NCBI GenBank assembly: GCA_012295275.1
Contig: CM022677.1
Span: forward strand, 12,276,001 to 12,340,000
DNA length: 64,000 bases
Direction of reading: 5' to 3'
Source of the DNA: Chrysomallon squamiferum
Lineage: Eukaryota; Animalia; Mollusca
Position 1 is the stretch's first letter. Every line of letters starts with the position of its first letter. The translations under genes were made by a program, and so were the position numbers. Below are positions 58,147-64,000 of this stretch, piece by piece. The notes under the pieces were generated by a model that had not been told where the DNA came from, did no database searches, and saw only the letters and a program-made list of their open reading frames with translations.

Positions 58147-59410
58147 CTCAGACTAGGCATCCACCAATGAGATGTGTCAGCAATGTACTAAACTGTGGAT
58201 TTAAACTGTTTATTTTCAGAAGTTAAATCAGCTTGTTAATGATAAAAATATTCAAGAAATTGTTTCTAAAATACAAACTCTGATTGACATTTTGGAACAA
58301 AGAGCAGCTTGAGTCTCCAGTAGAGTTGAAGTATTTGGTGCTGTCCAGCAGGTATTTAAATACATTATTCATTGTGAACCTTTCCATTTTATTTCAGTTT
58401 TAAATAATTCTATGCAAAATATTTTCTCATATCCTGAATTAAACCACGTATTTGAAAATATAATACATTTGTATTTTTGTAAAATGATTTACTGAAAATT
58501 AATTTGCAGGACAGCCTAATAGAGTAGTGAACAGAACATTTGTATAAATTTGTAATTTGATGTTATTAATATCTCACTCTAATCTGAAATACATACATTT
58601 AATACATTTAATACATACATTTAATTAATTTACGTGGTAAGGCTAAAGATATTTACATTATTTTGAAATTTATTAGACAGATGGAATTTTGGTGGATTTG
58701 AAAGATTGTAATTTGAAAGGTGCATAAATTGGCTTGAAAGATTTAGCTTCTTTTGATATTTTGTCACATGCAAGTGTAATGTTTTCTTTGTTTTAAATAC
58801 ATTTTAAAAATACCCAAATGATTCATACCATTTTCTTACTGTCTAATACAATAGCTGTATAGGTTAAAAATGTTTACTTAATATTCCTGGCAGTCTTCAT
58901 AAACTGGACTAAAAGTCTAAAACACAGTGTAAATATCAAATTTCACCAAGTTACAGAAGTATTCAAATAAATTAAAACATTTTTCATAATCTCTTTTATT
59001 GATGTCTTGCTATTTTAATCCTTTTATATAAAAGTTAAAAACATAATGTTAATCTGATTGCAAATACGAATATAAAAACATTTAATAAATTATTTTTATT
59101 AAAAGTATATGGAAAAAATAAAAATGTGGACTAAAACTCTTCTTGCTAAGACAGAGAACTGCAGTTAGAGCTGACAACAAAAATTCTACTTGCACTTTAT
59201 TTTATGTTTAGTTTATTAATGAATATTATATTTTGTTGTAGGATCCTAGACAACAGATTCAAGCTGCCTCAGCCAGCACTTCAGTTGAAAATGTTGTAAG
59301 ACACATTTTCAGAAAAGGTTCACTAGAGCACCAGAATGCTATTACATCACAGTCTTCCCTGTCCAGAGAAAGCTCAACACTTTCAAGAGAAAATCTGTCT
59401 GAAACATAAT
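55385..59410 (+). pseudogene. CAMSAP: CAMSAP/patronin unprocessed pseudogene fragment, copy C (inverted relative of copy A); outer limits approximate
   Basis: ~56496-56566 MFSRTYGENVPNEFKE(fs)FYEKSD|gtgagt (cf. CAMSAP W...KA.G.ENVPEEL.EPFY). 57167-57303 AHTALIDVLLLTSEVVSVEGAVQ*..DKVC. 57587-57720 VPVMTDTLKYIGDGCTVAVVNSFYCLQ (CH domain). 55090-55830 is the reverse complement of ~21150-22080. Exon-like blocks at 58220-58351 and 59242-59409 are unassigned. Confidence 0.8.
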
Positions 59411-59654
59411 TTGAATTTCAAAAACTCAGTGATCTCCAAGAAACTGCATTGTCAATGTGATCAGAACATCCAGTGTACACATTGTATTTCATAGCAGCTT
59501 GCACTGTTTTTATCTTTGATGTATGCATAGTTATTCTAATTTTTCTCACTGAAAGAGGAATGGAGATTCATGACTGCTATGAAATGCCATTTTTCTAAAT
59601 AAGCTAAAATAATGTTATAGAGGTGTTAATTTTTTAATCATCTAATTTTTATAT

Positions 59655-59905
59655 TATTTAAATCGGGGAAAATGAAGGGTTTGCTGGGATAATCAATGTA
59701 AATATATTTAAAATTAGGTAATTATAGTAATTAGACATTTTTATTAAAAAAAGAAACTCATACAATTTTTTTTTATAATTATTATTTTTTTTAATTGTTT
59801 TTCTTTCTTTGTCATATTTTAAATCGGGGATGATCAAGGGTTGCTGGGGGTAATCATTGTATAAATATATTTAAAATTATGTAATTAGGGATAATTAGAA
59901 TTTGT
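59655..59905 (+). repeat. Diverged direct repeat, period ~160 bp
   Basis: tttaaatcgggga..aagggt(t)tgctggg..taatca..aaatatatttaaaatta at ~59657 and ~59818. Confidence 0.75.
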
Positions 59906-60831
59906 TTTTAACAAAAAAACACAAAAAAACAACATTATTTTTGTTGACATAGTCATTTGATAGACATTTGAAGATACACATGAAAGTACTGTCTGATTGT
60001 AAATATCTGTGTTTCTAACTTTATCATCCTTACTGTATGAAAAATTGTTCTTTCTCTTTTTATTTTTTTTTGAAAGGAACTTAATGATACATTTTTTTGT
60101 TATATTTTTTATCGCAGTAACAATGAGAATTATTTAAATACTTAAAAAATAAACAACAATATAAAAAATGTTTACTATGTATCTATTATGTTATTTTAAT
60201 CTTTATAAATCTGCAGTCTAAAATGGCATTACCCAACAGTCTCCTGTTTTTATAGAATCCATTGTAAATATTTTGTTTATATTTTAATTATTTATTACAG
60301 TTCACAGATATAAGTTGAAATATAGTGTTCTTGGAACGTACCTACATGTTTATATTGATTCCTCTTTATACAACTTTTAATGTATATTACAATATTTGTC
60401 TTTTGTTGTATTAAAAGTGAGAAACAAATAAAAATTCTGTTAATTCTAAAATGTAATACAAATTCTTTGATACTTTATCTATTAAAGTTCCATACATTGT
60501 ATCTCTAATGTAAACACTCTATTTTTTATTTAAAAAAAAAAATGTTGGGTAGGGGCTCTTACAAAGGTCTGTGTAATGTATTTATATTAATTTGTTTTTA
60601 TTAGTTTACATATTAGAGAAGAAAAAATGCACATTATCCGAATGTTTCATTTCATGCACTAGCAAATGTTCATTCGTTTTGTTGTTAAATAACAAAGTCA
60701 TAAATTAAAAGTATCAAAGTGTTTGTGGTCGTGTGTGTATATGCATGTGCATGTGCACGTGTGTGATGTATGTGTGTGTGAATGTGCACCTCTTTGTGGT
60801 TTGAATTTCATTTTAATGAAAAGAAAAAGGC

Positions 60832-60882
<51 letters not shown>

Positions 60883-61065
60883 CATCATCATATCATTATC
60901 ATTGTCATTATTATTATTACCACTATTGTAATTATTATTACTATTACTCTGTTATTATATAGTGTTCTTGGAACATACCTACATGTTTATTATTATTATT
61001 ATTATTATTATCATTGTCATTATTATTATTACTACTATTGTAATTATTATTATTATTATTGTTGC

Positions 61066-61096
<31 letters not shown>

Positions 61097-62006
61097 GTTA
61101 ATATTTTGTAATGACAGTCTTTGACTAGGAGTAGTGAGTATAAATAGAAAAAATACAGAAAGGGTTTCCAGATTAAAAGTGTTTTTTTTATTAAGAATAT
61201 TAAAGGCTTGAGGTAATGTTATATTGATAACTAGAGGTAGAATGGTAAACTTTGACTTAGTAGTTTAAGTTGGTGTCCAGAGAGACATGCAGTGTTAGTT
61301 TACACTGAAACACTGATTAGTTTGTAGTCTGTTTAGATCATCTGAGAACAAAAGTCATTACTGAAATATTTTATTATGTGTCTCTGTTCATTTATCCTTT
61401 CATTTATCTATCTTTTTACACATCCAGTGTCTTTGTGTGTTTGTGTGAGAGTGTGTCTGTGTGTGTGTGTGTGTGTGTTATTTATATTTACATAAAAGGG
61501 TATAACTGGTTTCAAACTTAAGATAACAAAGATGGCTGTAAAGCAGTTGAAAACAAGTAATTGACTGTAAAAGACTGGAATTTAAAGAGACATGAAAAGA
61601 GATGGTATGTTAATCAGAAGAACATACATAGTGTCTGTGATACTCTCAGTGTGAATGATATATGTCAACTAGTGTGTGTGTGTTAGTCTGTGTTTTTTAT
61701 ATTATGTGTATACACAAGTTATTGTTGGTGAGTGTGTGTCTGACTATATGAATATGTGACTAGATCAAAACATGACTGTTTATGTGTTTGTATATTTTTC
61801 TGCATATAAGAGCACACATGTATGTGTATTAAATTAATAGTAAATATGCGATTATTTGTGTACTTGGTGTCTATATGTATGAGAGTGGGGTATATGTTGT
61901 ATATGTATTTGTTCATGTGCATTTGTACATGTATTTATGTGAGACTGTTTATGTCTAGCCTACCCATTATATGTGTGTTTGTGTGTCTGTGTGTGTAATA
62001 TGTATG

Positions 62007-62038
<32 letters not shown>

Positions 62039-62764
62039 ATTTATTTCGACAAATACATATTCTAAGTTTCAATAAGATGTACAGTGAGTTACTGATCTTT
62101 ATTAAATGCTTCATGTAAATTTTCAGTGAGTTTTGTGGATCTTGATGTGCAATCTATGACAACTAAGAAGCAGTTCATTATGTATATAGAATAAAGTGAT
62201 GAAAGGATCAATATAAGACCATATTTTGAAAAAGCGGTTGTTTAAATGAATGTAAATGAGAACAATCCATCAAAATCTGTTTCAATACATACTGACAGTG
62301 TTCACACCAAGTGAATGAAGTTCTTCAAAAATAAAAATATTGTCAAAGTAAATTCACCAATACTGGGATGACAAAGACAGTTTCATCCATCAGTATTTGC
62401 CTGACTCCCTCCTTCATTCATCTAGCTAAGTGTGTTAGATATGATATGTATGTGTGTATGTGTTTGAAGATGTGTTTTCTTATTACTGAGAAAATGGGTG
62501 TATATGCATAATGTGTGTGCAAGAGTGTGCATGTATTTTTGAGAGAGAGATGAAATGATGGACTGGAAGTTTGATAGACTGACAGCGAGATATGTATAAT
62601 GAGAGGGATATACAATTAGTGAGAGAGATTGACAGAGTGGAAGAGATGTAGATGACAGACATACAGATAGATACAGAGATATGTGTAGAGAGCTATGGTG
62701 ATATGTGTGTGAGGAAGAAAGTGTCAGTATGTTAATGTGTTAGTGAGATAAGATGGGAGTAGGT

Positions 62765-63110
62765 GATTTAGAGTTAATTATGTTTGTGTATGTTTTATAG
62801 ATAGATACAGAGATGGTAATGAGTATGTGAATTAGAGTTAATTATGTTTGTGGATGTGTTTTATAGCTAGATAAAGAGATACTAATGAGTATGTGAATTA
62901 GAGTTAATTATGTTTGTGGATGTGTTTTATAGCTAGATAAAGAGATAGTAATGAGTATGTGAATTAGAGTGAATTATGTTTGTGGATGTGTTTTATAGCT
63001 AGATAAAGAGATGGTAATGAGTATGTGAATTAGAGTGAATTATGTTTGTGTATGTGTTTTATAGATAGATAAAGAGATGGATATGTATATTGAATTAGAG
63101 TGAATTATTT
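62765..63110 (+). repeat. 66-bp minisatellite, ~5 copies
   Basis: gaattagagt(t/g)aattat starts at 62829, 62895, 62961, 63027 and 63093. Confidence 0.95.
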
Positions 63111-63359
63111 CTGGCTGGCGACATCGAAATAATATCTGGAAAATAAAAATCTAGTACGAAATGTGTACGAGATAGTATGACGTCAGAGTACCAAAAAAAA
63201 CCCCCAAAAATTAAATCAAAAATTGTTTTCGACCTTTGCAGCAATTACTGCTCAATAATAGGCATATATGTATCAACGGCATTAGTTATATGATGTATTT
63301 CCTCAAATTAATTTTAATAATCCATTTAGACTTGATTGGATGTTTAAAAGTTTGTAAAC

Positions 63360-63440
63360 ACTGATCGGCGTTCGACGCTGCCATTTTGGATTTCGATCGG
63401 AAGTTTCCGTGATCACTCGGAAACCGTCTGATCGGGTTTT
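63360..63440 (-). promoter_or_regulatory. Possible promoter or 5' end of a (pseudo)gene on the minus strand
   Basis: CpG-rich patch with a YY1-type GCCATTTT motif overlapping caaaATGGCAGCG (ATG at 63384) and an ETS-type CGGAAGT just upstream. The reading frame stops after 32 codons. Confidence 0.35.
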
Positions 63441-64000
63441 AAAAACATTCAATAAAATAAGCATTTTACAATAATTCAAAAAATAATAATAACACATTAA
63501 ATAAACAAAAACTAAAAGACAAAGAAACCTCAAGGAATGTTATTAAGCTGGTGCTGTTTGTTATAAAATATTATACAAAATTAGTTCTTTTCAACTAAAA
63601 GCAGCAAATCTAATTTACCGTCGCATCGCAAATGCGGAGTAATCTGTTTCAAAAGTTTGTGGTCTACGCGAAATAACTCTATTTAACACGTTGGAAAATA
63701 TACAAAAAAGATTGAGTGACAAGTAAAATATTAAAAAGAACAAAATAACAAAAAGAAATCACATAGAATTTTTTAATTTTTTTTTCAATAAATGAAGCGA
63801 CGAACGATTATTAGTGACATCATAAGTCTGCTGAATATAGATCATTCACTCAATTTACTGAATTCACTAAAATGATTTTATTTAAACCTATATATTATTT
63901 TTTATTTCTATTTAATATAATTGTTTCTTTATAATAAATATACGCCTGAAATAATTTTATTTACTTTCTTGCTCTTTTCTTTTTACCTTGTTACAGTATT

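Noticed and set aside
62090-62420. Possible downstream exon of the 63.4-kb ATG
   Set aside because: There are stops in all frames examined and no recognisable motif, so a gene call cannot be supported.

Overview
AT-rich, microsatellite-dense animal genomic DNA with GT-AG introns, mollusc-like by inference from its gene families, with one 200-N gap. No prokaryotic features are present, and most ORFs in the supplied track are simple-repeat artefacts. Main contents: (1) An inverted segmental duplication (1-~6.5 kb vs ~31.1-38.0 kb). Each arm carries an intact TRIM-like gene with two coding exons (RING, coiled coil, 24-aa repeat linker, NHL-like beta-propeller, no B-box). The paralogues differ mostly by amino-acid-changing substitutions in propeller loops, while parts of their non-coding flanks are almost identical. 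(2) A secreted, CBM6/35-like jelly-roll ORF next to a Tc1 remnant. (3) Three intron-retaining, differently deleted CAMSAP/patronin pseudogene copies at 17-22 kb (-), 41-47 kb (-) and 55-59 kb (+), largely missed by the ORF track. (4) Decayed EGF exons, an L1/Tx1 endonuclease fragment, a hAT-type MITE with an 8-bp TSD, two oppositely oriented ~140-bp tandem arrays and several local duplications. All alignments, translations and counts were done by eye, and family assignments rest on remembered motifs, so they need computational confirmation.
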